A stretch of DNA of 64,000 bases. Origin: Octopus sinensis. Taxonomy: Eukaryota. Positions 11,944 through 22,857 of this stretch are shown piece by piece. Within the stretch, counting starts at the first letter, position 1. Every line of letters begins with the position of its first letter. Location of the stretch: the NCBI RefSeq assembly GCF_006345805.1, contig NC_043002.1, forward strand, positions 93,062,001 to 93,126,000. The letters run 5' to 3'. A program made the position numbers and the translations under genes. Under the pieces are notes generated by a model. The model did not search any database, was not told the origin of the DNA, and saw only the letters and a program-made list of their open reading frames with translations.

Positions 11944-12241
11944 TTGTTTATTCCTTCTCGAGCCATGCTTGGCTCATTAGGGCCAGTTTCCCAGTTTCTT
12001 GGTGTATAGGTTCCCCACCTGGACGGGATGCCAGTCCGTCGCAGGTGAGCTGCAAGATGCAGGAGGAAAGAGTGAGGGAAAGTTGTGGCGAAAGAGTCAG
12101 CAGAAGTTCACCATTACCTTCTGCCGGAGCCGCATGGAGCTTAGGTGTTTTGCTCATAAACACACACATCGCCCGGTCTGAGATTCGACCCTGCGATCCC
12201 TTGACCGTGAGTCCGCTGCTCTAACCACTAGGCCATGTGCC
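11944..12241 (-). mobile_element. V-domain-like SINE (inverted relative to 9631-9934)
   Basis: Reverse-complement match to 9631-9934 along its full length. Confidence 0.9.
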
Positions 12242-12693
12242 TCCACTAATTTGCCAAAATCCACTTAAATGTCTTATAAATAAAACTACACACGTTCTTT
12301 TTTTTTTATCATAATCAACAAATAACACTCAAATATCACTCAAATTACATCCTACTGTCTTAAAAATTGTGTAACTAAAAAAAGATGGGATGGTCATGGC
12401 CAGAAAGTCTTTCACTATAAGGTGAAACAGGAACCAGGGAGCTGTACAGCAGCAACATCATGCTCTCATTAGACAAGACACAAGTGTGGGCTATATACAT
12501 CATCATCATTTACTGTCCTTTGTCCATGCTGGCATGGGTTGGACAGTTTGACCAGCGCTAGCAAGCCAGGGAGCTGTATAAATACTATGTGGTAAGAAGT
12601 TGGCTTCTCAACATCATGGTTTCAAATTCAGTGCTGCTGTATAGCAGCTCAGACAAGTGTCTTCTACTATAGGATATGTGTGTGTGTGTTACC

Positions 12694-13058
12694 GTGATTA
12701 TAATGATGAAAACATGCCCGTTGCTTTTACTAGTTGCCTATTAAGACAGGATCTTCTCATAATTACCTTGTCTTCATTTTCCAGAAACATTGATTGGGTG
12801 ATATTAGAGTTATCTCATATGCTTGCTTTTAGATTTTTAACTACTCATAGAAAGAGTCTTATCTTCTAATTTCTGGGATGATCTTAGTTAATCAAAGAAT
12901 TTCAACTCATCATATTACTCATGCAAGACCTTAATGTCATGTGTTTTATTGTGTGAATATTTAATGAATTACAGACGTGTACTGGGTGTTTTTACATGGC
13001 ATCGTCACCTGTACTTTTTACATGGTACCAGTACCCACACCAATATTTAATGAATTAC
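12694..13058. repeat. Templated patchwork insertion copied from 10040-10311 (inverted), 10453-10520 (direct) and 10046-10062 (inverted)
   Basis: Near-identical matches to the three nearby sources, with microhomologies gt and aat at the junctions. It interrupts a SINE (head about 12585-12693, tail about 13059-13280). Confidence 0.92.
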
Positions 13059-13289
13059 CGTCTTCTTGCCTTGACATTATGTGATAGTTGCAAAAATGAG
13101 TGTGTACATTATGCAAGCAATGTCCTTCATTTCCAGTCTTTCATGTCTGGTCATGGGGAAATATTAATTTGCCTAGAAACAGGTTACAGTTGATGACAGG
13201 AAGTGCATCTAATGGTAGAAATTTCCACTGGAACAAAATTCTGTCTGACCCTTGGGAGCGAGGAAAAGTTGATACTAAATTATTGATGA

Positions 13290-13653
13290 CAAGCACTATG
13301 ACCCAGCAACACCAGGTCATAGTGCTAGTGCATGCATATACAGCTGTGTGCGTGCGCACATACATGCAAGTACTGTCCAAATCTCTGACCAATCACATAT
13401 AGCTACATAACATTCAATTGGCATATCAAGTTTCGGGCATTTTGATTGAGTTTTGGATAGAAAATTCGCAAAAAAGTCACTTCTATTGATTTTTTAATGG
13501 CTTTGTGGGGTGACTGGGGAAAAATAAAGATGTGCACGACTACCCTTGGACGGTTTTGAATGACCATAGAAAGTGCGAGCCCTCTAACTGAAAAATTGTA
13601 GATTTGTATAAAGGACACACACACAGACATTTTGCTATTTATATATATAGAGA
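13290..13653 (-). mobile_element. Non-autonomous Helitron-like element
   Basis: Reverse complement of 8710-9073, including the terminal hairpin and the TC end. Confidence 0.8.
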
Positions 13654-14089
13654 TGATGACAATGAGGAGGATAGGTTTAAAGTGTCTGTTTAGCAGTTAA
13701 CCGAGTATGACCAGAATAATGGCATAGATACAGCCTAAGAGCAACTAAATAACCTTCAGCTTCAGTGACCCACTTGTAAGATATCTATCTGACCCATGCA
13801 GCATGGAAAAGTAGACATTAGAACGATGATGACACTGATGTAAGTAGTGTAAACAATTTCTTCCTATCTTCCAATTTCTGGAATCAGAATTGAGGACATA
13901 ATATAGTTTCTGAAATTGTTTCCTGTAATCTTGGGATGAAATTAATCTTAGATCAGGATTGATTTATACGTAAGTCTACTGATAGACAACAATAGTAGAC
14001 AACAACTAGGATAGTGTATACAATCTATATATTGGTAAATTGGTTAATTATACCTAATCTTTTTTGCACATGTGATATTATTCGTACCA

Positions 14090-14642
14090 GGCATAGGAGT
14101 GGCTGTGTGGTAAGTAGCTTGCTTACCAACCACATGGTTCTGGGTTCAGTCCCACTGCATGACACCTTGGGCAAGTGTCTTCTACTATAGCCTTGGGCCG
14201 ACCAAAGCCTTGCGAGTGGATTTGGTAGACGGAAACTGAAAGAAGCTCATCGTATATATGTATATGTGTGTGTGTGCTTGTGTGTGAGTGTGTATATGTT
14301 TGTGTGTCTGTGTTTGTCCCACCAACATCACTTGACAACCGATGCTGGTGTGTTTACGTCCCCGTAACTTAGCAGTTCGGCAAAAGAGACCGATAGACAC
14401 ACCAGCATTGGTTGTCAAGCGATGTTGGGGGGACAAACACAGACACACAAACACATACACATACATATATATACATATACGACGGGTTTCTTCCAGTTTC
14501 CGTCTACCAAATCCACTCACAAGGCTTTGGTCGGCCCGAGGCTATAGTAGAAGACACTTGCCCAAGGTACCACGCAGTGGGACTGAACCCGGAACCATGT
14601 GGTTAGTAAGCAAGCTACTTACCACACAGCCACTCCTGCGCC
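14090..14642. mobile_element. Fused inverted pair of SINE-B copies forming a fold-back (arms 14090-14353 and 14397-14642)
   Basis: The plus copy stops at gagaccgataga and is directly followed by a minus copy starting cacaccagca. Confidence 0.92.
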
Positions 14643-14822
14643 TTTGAAATCTTTAAACGAAAGGATAATCCATGATTAGTTTTTTAAAAGAAGCATTATA
14701 TTTGACAGAGTAATCTGAATGCTAAAGGGTTAAAACAGAAAGTTTACATCAAAGAACCAGGGGCAGTGTCAGGTGGAGTGAGAGCAAAAGGGCAAGAAAA
14801 ATTTTTGATATAATAATCTCAC

Positions 14823-14917
14823 CTTCCAAGCAGTTCTTTTGGTTCATATTTAGCATAGAAGTCTTTCGCCTCTCCCGAGGAGGGCAACACATCTTCTTCT
14901 TTTGTCATTCCAACCAT
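14823..14917 (-). CDS. PHKG: Phosphorylase b kinase gamma catalytic chain, first coding exon
   Basis: Translates MVGMTKEEDVLPSSGEAKDFYAKYEPKELLG-R, matching PHKG1 (AQDFYENYEPKEILGR) and PHKG2 (AKEFYQKYDPKDVIGR). Donor AG|gtgaga is phase 2 inside the Arg codon, as in vertebrates. Candidate acceptor ctctag at 14940 and an in-frame upstream TAA. Confidence 0.85.
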
Positions 14918-15097
14918 TAAATACAGTACTTAGATCCAACTAGAGGACTGAGAACCAGTTCATGTCGACCCAACACCTGGTGGAAGGCATCTTGATAATC
15001 CAGAAGGGACCTAAAAAAAAGAAACAAAAACAAACATCAATGATAATGATAATGGTGATGGGGGGGGGTGATGATGGCAATGTGTTTTTTATATATT

Positions 15098-15360
15098 CGC
15101 CTGGCCCCCGTGCCGGTGACACGTAAAAGCACCATCCGTTCGTGGCCGTTTGCCAGCTCTGTCTGGCACCTGTGCGGGTGGCACGTAAAAAGCACCCACT
15201 ACACTCATGGAGTGGTTGGCGTTAGGAAGGGCATCCAGCCGTAGAAACACTGCCAGATCTGACTGGACCTGATGAAGCCTTCCAGCTTCACAGACCCCAG
15301 TTGAACCGTCCAACCCATGCTAGCATGGAAAACGGACGCTAAATGATGATGATGATGATG
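15098..15360 (+). mobile_element. RTE-type 3' UTR fragment with two GTGCC-GGT-GGCAC hairpin units and (GAT)n tail
   Basis: gtgccggtgacacgtaaaagcacc..gttaggaagggcatccagccgtagaaac..cccatgctagcatggaaaacggacgctaaatgatgatg. Confidence 0.8.
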
Positions 15361-15430
15361 AACATCACTAGAAAAAACACACTACAGTAGTAGGTAGAAT
15401 GTGTATGTGTTACATAAATTTTTGTAAAAT

Positions 15431-15462
<32 letters not shown>

Positions 15463-15649
15463 ACACATGTAAAGGTTAGTAACAGATAGGGCATCAGACG
15501 GAATTTGTTCAGGCAAATTTTCTACAGCCAGATGCTCATCCTGTCGCCAATCCTTACCAATTTCCAAGCAAGGTAATATTTTCCTAAAGCTAGTCATGTT
15601 TTCAGAAAATATTGGAAATGGACATCCATCTTCAACAATCTTTTTATTC

Positions 15650-18600
15650 TTTTTTCTTCATGGCACAGAAGCTTGTACAGCAGCTGACCTGACTACATTA
15701 ATCTCACAGATGGGACTATTCCCAATAAACAAGACCACCACAGCAAATAGACCCAAGGTGGGCACCACTGGCAACAACACAGACATCACATCGGTGCTCT
15801 TACTGAACATCAGAGCACTGTTAACACTTAATAACAGGACAAAAATTCTTTTCCTGAGAGATCTTGTTGCATGAAATCAAGCCTTATGCATAGCACTTAC
15901 AGAAACACACCTGAAACCAGATATAGCAAATGCAGAAATACACATACCACAGTATGTTGTATTACGATCGACAGAAAAGAAAGGAGTCATGGTGGAATTG
16001 CTATGTACATCTGTGAAGACCTCACACCCCAGGTCCTTTTGTCACACTCAGATTCAGTATGTGACACACTAATTGTACATATAAGGCAAGTCGGTGTAGT
16101 TATACGTGCTATATATCACCCTCCAGACGCTCCAAATCATGTAGGCAAGTTTGAAGACTGCCTTACAAAAACAGAAGTTCTAGTTACATTAGAACAACAC
16201 ATAGGTGTACTTCTTATGGGAGACTTCAATCTGCCAAATGTCAGATGGCCTGAGGGCCTTTCTCTCCCAGGAATGGCACGATGCGAACAAGGACAGGTGA
16301 AGTCCCTCCTGAACCTCATCAACACTTTGTACATGGAACAAATTGTGCTCCAACCAACCAAGGCAGGTAACATACTGGATCTCTGCTTCACAAATAATAT
16401 GGATCTCTTCCATAATGTGAAAGTGACACCGACGCTACTCTTGGATCACAACATGGTAGAGCTGACCATGTACAGACCAAAGGAAACCATGGACATGCAG
16501 CCTACAAGAAACTCTCAAAATCTTTCCAGCTTGAACTTCCATAAGGCAAACTGGAGACAAATTGAGAAAGAGATCCTCAAACAAAACAGGCCTAAATGTC
16601 TCTCCTCACCAGACACCAACATGAAACTTCAATAATTCAGGTCTGTAATGCAAGCCATATGCTACAAATGTGTCCCGGAGAGAAAGGCCACTGTACACAA
16701 GAACAAAATCCCCAGGGAGAGGAAAATTCTTATGAGACAGCGCACAAAATTTTCAAATCACCTAAACAAACAAATTGAAAGGGGTGAAAAGTGCCACCTG
16801 AAAATACAACTGATGGAGATTGAAAAAAATTCTGCAACTCTCCCACGAAAAAGAAAGAGCAGACAAAGAAGCCTGAGCTATAGACAATATAAAATCTAAC
16901 CCCAGAGCTCTCTACAAGTTTGCCAAAGAAACAACTTCAGTGCACTGCAGGATAGGGCCACTCCTCAAAAAAGATGGTTCACTCACAAGAAATCCAATGA
17001 GGATAAGTGAAATACTAAATGAGTAATTCAAGAGTATTTTCACTCCACTCCTAAGACACTTGCAAGTTAGCAATCCAACTGACTTTTTTTACCACTGCAG
17101 ATATAAAAACAGAGGCAGTGATGATTGATTACATCAATATAAAGGAAGACAATGCAATAAGGGCTATAGATGAAATGAACCCAAACTCAGCTACTGGTCC
17201 TGACGGATTCCCAGCAATCCTTCTAAAAGCATGTAAGCAAGTCCTAGCAAGGCCACTGCAGTCCCTCTTTCAGACCTTCCTTACAACTGGCAAACTTCCA
17301 AGAAAACTGAAGGAGGGTAAAATATGCCCTATTCATAAAGGAAGTAGCAGAGCAGAGGCCAAGAACTACAGACCTATCTCTCTGACTCGCACATCAGCAG
17401 GGTCATGGAATGAATAGTCAGAAGAAAACTAATCACCTTCCTTGAAGAAAATTACTTGCTGACTGATACCCAACATGGTTTCCGACCATGAAGAAGCTGC
17501 CTGACTCAGCTCTTACAATACTATGATTGGGTGCTGAAACAGCTGCTCAACCACTCAAATGTGGAAGTGATATATCTCAACTTCACAAAGGCCTTTGATA
17601 AAGTTGATCATGGAATGATGTCACAAACTGCATGATCTCAGCAGAGTTGGAAAATTGGGAGAATGGCTTCATGATTTTATGAAGGATATAAGTCAGGTGG
17701 TCGTAGCCAATGGGGCCACCTCCAATGACACGCAAATAGTGAGTGGTGCTCCGCAAGGCAGTTTTGGGACCACTACTGTTCATAATGGCCTTCTCAGACA
17801 TGCCCCCATCCACACAGAAAGCCACGATCACAAGTTATGCAGATGAAGACACTATGCACCTGCAATGTGAGCTGGACAAAATATACAAGTGGGCTGAAAA
17901 GAACAGCATGCAGTTTAATGCTGAAAAGTTTCTAACCTTATTCTATCAGCATGCAAAACTAAATACAATACCATTTAAATACAGTGGACCTGGAGGGATT
18001 GCAATCCCAGAGGCACAGTCAGTGCAAGATTTGGATATTTACATGAGTAATGATGCATCCTTCCATGTGCATGTTGCTAAATTAACAATGAAATACAGGC
18101 GGCTGACCGGATGATTCTTAAAACTTTTAGAACAAGAGATTAGGAAACCATGATGGTCCCAAGCCACTTTGACTATTGCTCTTAGCTATGGTCACCAACC
18201 AGTGTCAAATTAATCTCAGAACTTGGGGCAATCCAACGAAGCTACACGAAGAAGATAGCCTCTACACAGCATATAAGCTACTGGGAAAGACTCTATTCCT
18301 TAGAGCGTAGGCAAGAAAGATATGCTATAATACACATCTGGAAGATCCTGGAGGGACTTGTCCCAAACTTTGGAATCGAGAGTTACACAAATACTAGAAC
18401 TGGGCACCACTGCAGAGTGCCAAGGACTCCAAATTTGCCATCAAGATATAGGACAAGATACTGCTAGAGCATGGGCTCCAGAGGACTACAGCTCTTCAAT
18501 ATCCTCCCGAAGAACCTGAGAGACCTGCATGGGGTGGATTTAAGTGTCTTCAAAATAAAAACTGGACCTCTTACAGTAAAGTGTCCCAGTTGAGCCAACT

Positions 18601-18771
18601 TCACGGCAGGAGGTGCAGATGAGGGCAGCAACATCAAACACCCTCATGCATCAAATGTCAATTCCTAAAAAGCATCCATAAAGTAAAATTAGGTAACAAC
18701 ACCAAATGGCGGTGTCCCAGCATGGCCACAGCTCGTGAGCTGAAACTAGATCAAATCAAATCAAATCAAAT

Positions 18772-18773
<2 letters not shown>
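15650..18773 (+). mobile_element. 5'-truncated, decayed CR1-group LINE (APE endonuclease plus RT ORF2 pseudogene, (TCAAA)n tail)
   Basis: EN motifs LLLNIRAL, ALTETHL, GGIAMY, IYHPP, MGDFNLP and ILDLCFTN. RT motifs ATGPDGFP, KNYRPISL, KAFDKVDH, GAPQG and SYADE. Many stops and frameshifts; tail at 18751-18773. Confidence 0.93.
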
Positions 18774-18817
<44 letters not shown>

Positions 18818-19216
18818 CACATATATATACATATATACACATATAAATATATACATATATACACACATATATATATACACACATATATACACACACACAT
18901 ATATATATATACATACACACACACACACAGATATATAGACATATATATACATATATACACACACACATATATATATATATATATACATACACACACACAC
19001 ACAGATATATAGACATATATATACATATATACACATAAATATATACATATATATATACATATATACACATAAATATATACATATATACACACATATATAC
19101 ACATACATATATATACACATGCATTTACATACATATATATATACATATATACATACATATATACATATCCACATATATATACATATCCACATATATATAC
19201 ATACACAAACACACAT
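18774..19216. repeat. Complex (TA)/(CA) microsatellite
   Basis: About 440 bp of atatac/acac variants directly after the LINE tail. Confidence 0.95.
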
Positions 19217-19270
19217 ATAACAATAATGATGTATTTATTCTAATTTCTATGAATTTATATTAGGTTGTGT

Positions 19271-19309
<39 letters not shown>

Positions 19310-20789
19310 CTCTAGGTTCTAGATTGGCAGTACTCTTCAAAAATGTCTTGGTTTCAACCGTGGCAGGCCATTCAGCATCTGGAGAGCAGTTGTAAAATGA
19401 TGATGATGATATTATGGCTTAGCAACCAGAAGGGCAACACCCCACCCCTGATTCTATCAAAACCACCAAGACAGGAATATATTAACATTATCTTCTGAGG
19501 AGAGTTCTAGCCTCAATGCTTATAATAGAATGGGCTCAACTAAAGACACCCAGGCACCAGAAGTTAGTGCTAAACCAGGTGAAAGAAAAAAAATCTACCA
19601 TTCAAAAACATGAAGTGTCCTTCAAAGAAGATTTCACAGTTTCTATCTATCAAATTTCACTGACAAGTCTTCAAGAACCTCCTGAAGTCTATAGAAAAAA
19701 GATACTTGCCTAAAGCATCACACACTGAGATTGAACCAGAAACCACAGAGTTGCAAAGTATGTTTCTTAACCACTCAGCCAAACATGCACTCATATCAGC
19801 TGCTGGATGAAACCTTTACTACTCACTCTATATTTATCCATATAACTTTGTTGTAACTTAATATTTACTAAACAGCAGCAGACAAATAGCTTGTGTAACT
19901 GATTCCAATACGCATCATCTTAGAAACAGTGATGAAAGAAATGTATTGACACAGACATATTTTCATGAATATGGCAGCAGTGAAGTGACAGGCACAGACA
20001 GACAGAAAGGAAATATGAAGTTCAAAATCCATGAGAGAAATCTTTGTACAATTTTAAATAATAAAATCAATTGCATAATTAATAAAAAAAAAATTCTCAT
20101 CATTGATTTAGAGTAGACGCTTCCAAAATCTAATGATTCTAGAAGAAAGGTCTTCTTGTAGAAAGGTATCCAAGAATTAACCTGCAACAACTACACACAC
20201 ACACACGCACACCTGAAACAGAGATAGTCTTTACAAGTCAATTAACCATACAGAGGCTTTCTCAATCCACCTCACTGTCAAAAGACAATAGAGCCCTACA
20301 GTAGCTGTTGTTTTAAAAGCAGAGTAGATAGAGAAGAAGTTCAAATATTTGTTTATCCACAGTTCAGGCTACATCAGGCAGATCTATGACCAAAGGCATT
20401 TAATTATTTTTCTTCTTTTTTACTGATATACTGTAATCTGAGACATTATCCAAAGCCTCCTTGCCATTTAAGACAGTTGCATCTGATTTTGAGGTAAACT
20501 CGGCAGCTGTCCAAACATTTATTTATTATTAAGGATTAGACAAAGAACTATTTAATGACAAATGGGAGTGAGCCTGCAGCAAGGATTCTTAGCTTCCTGT
20601 TAGTTACTTCCAATCAATGAAAGAATTATCCTACTAAGAATTGAGGATATAAGGAGAAGGAAGCATACATAGATCCATCACAGATACATATATCTTGTTA
20701 TTAACAATTAAAAATATGTGAAGGAATGTGCATCTGTCATGCAAACACACAGAGGTGATGTCAAAAAACTGACAATGACAAATAATACC

Positions 20790-20930
20790 AATAAAAGTAC
20801 TCCAACTGGTTTTTTTCCAGCATGGCACCTTGCCACTTGTAGTCTCTGATCAAATTTCTCGTGAGGCTCAGCTTTCACCAATTCTTCCCATGTCTTCCTC
20901 AGCCATCTTCTTGCACATGATTCTTCTCAG
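20790..20930 (-). pseudogene. Degraded RTE ORF C-terminal remnant
   Basis: Minus strand gives RWLRKTWEELVKA and DYKWQGAMLEK in different frames, like RTE C-termini (R.RKTW...V..DL) and the RDLWKYAVREK end at 47239. Confidence 0.5.
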
Positions 20931-21779
20931 CATCATCATCAGCTGGGAGCAGATTTTATATGGGTTGGGTGTGTGACGATGGATGAAAATTAGATCTACT
21001 GCAGCCACAGATGAGGGAACAGAATGGATGGATGAATGTGGTTTAGGATTCAATACCAATGCCCAGCACCTGGGGAAAATGGCTTCTTGATGGCTTCAGG
21101 TGCATCAGATGTTGAAGTGATTGCAAAGCAATGTGAGATGAAATGTTTTGCTCAAGAGCAAAACACACCTCCCTGTCTAGGAACTGAAATCACAATCTAG
21201 TGATCATGAGTGCAACACTCTAACTACTAGGCCATACACCCTCACACACATATAAATATATATATATGTTACCAGTGAAAAAACAAAGATTTCTACTGTG
21301 AAAACTAATTTTGTATTTGCCAATATTTTGTTTACATATAATGCAGTTAGTAGAGGAAGGATATGTGCCCTTATCTGAGCTTCCATGGCTGGTGGGAAGA
21401 ATGAAGATATTTATCCTCAAGCCAAAGACATGGCCCAGAGTAGACTCCAGTAAAGATATCTATGGTTGGCATGACAGGTTTAGATAGTGGATTAAGTTCA
21501 CCACTCAACATGAATAGTCCTTTCAGCAGGCTTCCACACAGTTTCCATCCACCAAATTTCACACGAAAGACTTTGGTCCATCCTAGGCCATGGTTAGAAG
21601 AGACTTTCCCAAGATACCACACAGTAGATTTGAACTCAAAACCACTTCGTTACAACTATGCTTGCTAGTCAAACTGAGATAAATAGAGTAATGGTTTATG
21701 GCGGAGTTTGGACTTGTTCCAAACCTAGTACTTTAACATACCTTAACCTATATAGTAGAGAGAGAGAGAGAGAGAGAAC

Positions 21780-22110
21780 ATGTGTGTACATATGTATATG
21801 TTTCAACAACAGAAATTCATCTGTATTCCATTTTTTCTTTATCAATCTTTTTACAAACTATGTCTTATTTTTTCTGCATTATTCCTTCCACTGCTATCAC
21901 TCAACATTCCTTCAGGCAATGTAATCTGTCCTTCATTGATGATTACAGTCAACACTGGAGAGTAGAAATTTCTGATACTTTGAGTTCTGTCAAGGTCAAT
22001 ATATAAACCAAAACACAATAACTTATTATCATTATCCTGATTATCATTATCAAACATATCTTATTTCTATCACACCTGTTGGTAATAATTATTGATGTTT
22101 CAACACTAGG
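21780..22110. repeat. Old direct duplication partner of 24890-25240
   Basis: Shared blocks aattcatct, tatcaatctt, ttattccttcca.tgctatca, aatctgtc.ttcattgatgatta, tctgatactttgag and cattatcaaaca in the same order. Confidence 0.7.
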
Positions 22111-22405
22111 ATTTTATGGGAAGAAATAACACAATAGAAAACTTAGACAAGCTCTAAGGATTTTTTATACTTGAATAATATTGCATGTAAGCAAATATAT
22201 ATAAATACACATGGTATTTTTTTGTAATTTATATATTCATGTAAGTTAGAAAATTATAATTCTGACCTCAAACATACTCCTAACCACTAAATAAGTTGAA
22301 AAATATTAATAAATGTTATATTTTTTCCTGCAAAATTACAGTTTAGACATTATAGAGCTAATATTTAATATCATATTAATATTATAAAAATGGACTAGAG
22401 GCAGT

Positions 22406-22857
22406 TGTAGAGACCCCTGGTGGCTACAACGGGAAGCAAAACAGAAAAGGGATTCAACGAGTAATCTCCCTTGAGCTTCTAGAATGTTCGAGACCTTTCT
22501 GGAAGCTTCCGGTTTACGTGGAAGTTGGGGACTCCCGGTCCATCCCTTATATAAAGGAAAGAAATTCTAAATTTGCACCACTCCATGTCTACCTAGCCTT
22601 AGGCTGGCATTGGGTCAAGCCACAGAACTTTACACCCACTTGTGCACACACTCGCCTTACTTACTTGGAGACGTGTGACTGCAAACAATACATATTCATG
22701 TAATGTTATAAGCTTTCCTTCAATTAACCTTGTATGTTAACGCATTACCTCCAGTAATAAAAGTTATAGCTTATTATAAGCATCACATGAATTTCTATTT
22801 TCTCATTGTTGCGAACGATATGATAAACCCTCTGTCTCTCATACCGACTAAACTATA
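22406..22857 (+). mobile_element. Probable solo LTR
   Basis: Starts TGTAG, has internal TATATAAAG and AATAAAA, and possibly ends CTATA (decayed CTACA). GC-richer than flanks. No TSD identified. Confidence 0.45.

Noticed and set aside
10166-12869. Duplicated small protein (ORFs 10166-10378 and 12657-12869 share 45 aa)
   Set aside because: This is a by-product of the templated inverted copy. The ORF starts lie in unrelated SINE sequence and there is no recognisable domain.
8710-13653. Single large inverted duplication bounded by the two Helitron-like copies
   Set aside because: The order is Helitron-SINE-X ... SINE'-X'-Helitron', which is not mirror-symmetric, and the intervening sequences are unrelated, so these are separate events.
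1-14822. Search for the next PHKG exon (GVSS..VRRC..YAVKIID)
   Set aside because: No matching minus-strand segment was seen by eye. It is probably beyond the window, but a tBLASTn is needed to exclude a missed exon.
18722-19216. Long ORFs (up to 151 aa) rich in Y/I/V/C/H/T, and similar ones at 5894-6397, 34697-35121 and 48933-49188
   Set aside because: They are translations of TA/CA/GATA microsatellites, which lack stop codons in some frames.
19452-19613. Open frame ..SSEESSSLNAYNRMGSTKDTQAPEVSAKP with a possible donor
   Set aside because: No polypyrimidine acceptor and no recognisable homology.
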